Both the position numbers and the translations under genes were made by a program. A stretch of 64,000 nucleotides of DNA, taken from assembly GCF_032191835.1 (NCBI RefSeq), contig NC_083224.1:132556001-132620000 (forward strand), read 5' to 3'. Source of the stretch: Heteronotia binoei. Lineage: Eukaryota. The notes below the pieces were generated by a model. It was not told where the DNA came from, made no database searches, and worked only from the letters and a program-made list of their open reading frames with translations. Shown piece after piece: positions 61,745 to 64,000 of the stretch; positions within the stretch are counted from its first letter, which is position 1, and the number at the start of each line of letters is the position of its first letter.

Positions 61745-63179
61745 ATCTCCCAGTTGAGCTATTCAAAGTACTAAAAGTTGATGGTGTTAAAGTGATGCAC
61801 AAATTATGTCAACAAATTTGGAAAACGCAACAATGGCCACAGGATTGGAAAAGGTCAGATTATATTCCAATCCCAACGAAGGGTAATGCCAAGGAATGTT
61901 CAAACTATCGCACCATTGCACTCATTTCACATGCCAGCAAGGTCATGTTAAAGATCCTACAAGCTAGGCTTCAGCAGTATGTAGATCGGGAACTACCAGA
62001 AGTTCAAGCTGGGTTTCGGAGAGGTAGAGGAACTAGAGATCAAATTGCCAACATTTGCTGGATTATAGAGAAAGCACGGGAGTATCAGAAAAACATCTAT
62101 TTCTGCTTCATTGACTATGCCTTTGATTGTGTGAATCACAACAAACTGTGCCAAGTCCTTAAAGAGATGGGAGTACCAGACCACCTCACATGTCTCCCGA
62201 GAAACCTGTATAAGGGTCAAGAAGCAACTGTCAGAAAGGGATATGGAACAACTGATTGGTTTAGAATAGGAAAAGGACTTCAACAAGGATGTATATTGTC
62301 ACCCTGCTTATTTAATTTATATGCAGAGTACATCATGCAGACTGCTGGCCTGGATGAAGCACAAGCCGGAATTAAGATTGCCGGGAAAAACATCAACAAC
62401 CTCAGATATGCAGATGACACCACTCTAATAGCAGAAAGTGAGGAGGACCTAAAGAACCTCTTGTTGAGGGTGAAAGAGGAGAGCACAAAAGCAGGCTTGA
62501 ACCTCAACATCAAAAAAACTAAGATCATGGTATCCGGCCCCATCACACCTTGGCAAATAGAAGAGGAAGACATGGAAGTAGTGACAGACTTCACATTTCT
62601 GGGATCCAAGATCACTGCAGATGGTGACTGTAGCCATGAAATTAAAAGACGTTTGCTCCTTGAGAGGACCGCTATGGCAAACCTGGGCAGTATAATAAAA
62701 AGTAGAGACATCACCCTGACAAAAAAAAGTCCATATCGTCAAAGTGATGGTATTCCCAGTAGTAATGTATGGCTGGACCATAAGGAAGGCTGAGCGCAGA
62801 AGAATAGATGTGTTTGAGCTGCGGTGCTGGAGAAGACTCTTGAGAGTCCCTTGTTCTGCAAGAAGATCAAATCAGTCAGTCCTAAGGGAAATAAACCCAG
62901 ACTGTTCACTGGAAGGTCAGATGCTGAAGCTGAAGCTCAAATACTCTGGCCACCAAATGAGAAGGGAGCACTCACTGGAGAAGATCCTGATGCTGGGAAA
63001 GACAGAAGGCGAAAGAAGAAGGGACAGCAAAAGATGAGATGGCTGGACAGCGTTACTGATGTAACAAACACGAATTTGAGCAGACTTCGGAGGATGGTGG
63101 AAGACAGGAGTGCCTGGCGTGACTTTGTCCATGGGGTCGCAAAGAGTTGGATTCGACCGTGTGACTGAACAACAACAAA
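61745..63179 (+). mobile_element. 5'-truncated RTE-BovB
   Basis: PVELFK..QQIWKTQQWPQDWKRS, YRTIALISHASK, QAGFRRGRGTRDQI, QGCILSP, YADD; tail GACTGAACAACAACAA. Confidence 0.95.
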
Positions 63180-63199
63180 GGTCTCCCTCTTCAAATTTC

Positions 63200-63780
63200 C
63201 CCATCATCACCATTATTCAATTTATAGCCCGCCCATTCCCAAATGAGCTCTGTGCGGGTAACAACAGTCAATAATACAAGGTTAAAATCAAATACATATA
63301 ATAAAAACAATATACAATCTAAAAGCAATATAACCATCTAAAAACAAACTCCAATTCTGCAGTTGGTAATATCAATTGCCTCCACTTCTTCCATACATCC
63401 TCCAGCTGGTGTACGATAAATGGGTCAGCAAGTTATATCTTCAGGGTCCCTGCAGCAGGGAGGCCACAGAATAACAAAATGTCCACCACCTCAGTTGAAT
63501 GCCTGGTGGAACAGCTCTGTCTTACAGGCCCTGTGGAACTGCAACAGTCCCTGCTGGGCCCTAATCTCCAATGGGGGCATGTTCCACCAAATAGGGGCCA
63601 GGACAGAGAATGCCCTGGCCCAGGTTGACGCTAAGTGGACTTCTTTTGGGCAAGGGATTACCAGCAGATGTTGATCCATGGAGCGTAATGCTGGTCCCAG
63701 GCCATTCAGGGCTTTGAAGGTCAGAACCAAAACCTTGAATCGGATCCAGTACTCAATTGGTAAACAGTGCAGCTGGCAGA
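63200..63780 (-). mobile_element. L2 3' fragment
   Basis: Tail TTTATAGCCCGCCC..GCGGGTAACA; minus ORF VLTFKALNGLGP..RAFSV..PIWWN..FHRACKT. Confidence 0.8.
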
Positions 63781-64000
63781 GAGGATACCCTCAGTAACCA
63801 GTGCAGCTGGCAAAGAGGAGACCCTCAGCATTTAAGATTAATTCTGAGGGGAAATATAGTGAAGCAAATCCATATAATAAAATTGATGTGTGAATCTACC
63901 TTTGTGGAATGCTGAGAGTAATTAACTGGGGCCCTGTTGTTGCACTCCATCTGTCTACTCTCAAGCATGGAGGTATCTAATAGCATCCTTTTTCTTTAAG

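Overview
Vertebrate (squamate, gecko-like) intronic DNA; no prokaryotic features and no CRISPR, rRNA or true tRNA genes. The only recognisable host coding sequence is a 49-bp minus-strand exon (1727-1775, GEPRKFDPKFRGPIHN) from the N-terminus of a choline transporter-like protein, most likely SLC44A5. The remaining ~62 kb is upstream intron filled with transposable elements: a Mag-type Gypsy LTR element with a tRNA-Ser PBS, a Ngaro-type tyrosine-recombinase retroelement (A1-ORFs-B1-A2-B2) with an SGNH hydrolase remnant, a 7.1-kb L1 one nonsense codon from intact and inserted into a BovB, a near full-length CR1, several L2, BovB and Penelope fragments, Sauria and Squam3-like SINEs, hAT MITEs, solo LTRs and a non-autonomous Helitron. 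The most interesting leads are a splice acceptor in front of the Ngaro hydrolase, an extra B repeat inside that hydrolase, a ~2-kb L1 inter-ORF region holding a small ORF, two candidate unannotated SLC44A5 5' exons and a 270-bp-arm inverted repeat. All family calls come from motif recognition without database searches; divergence figures are approximate hand counts.
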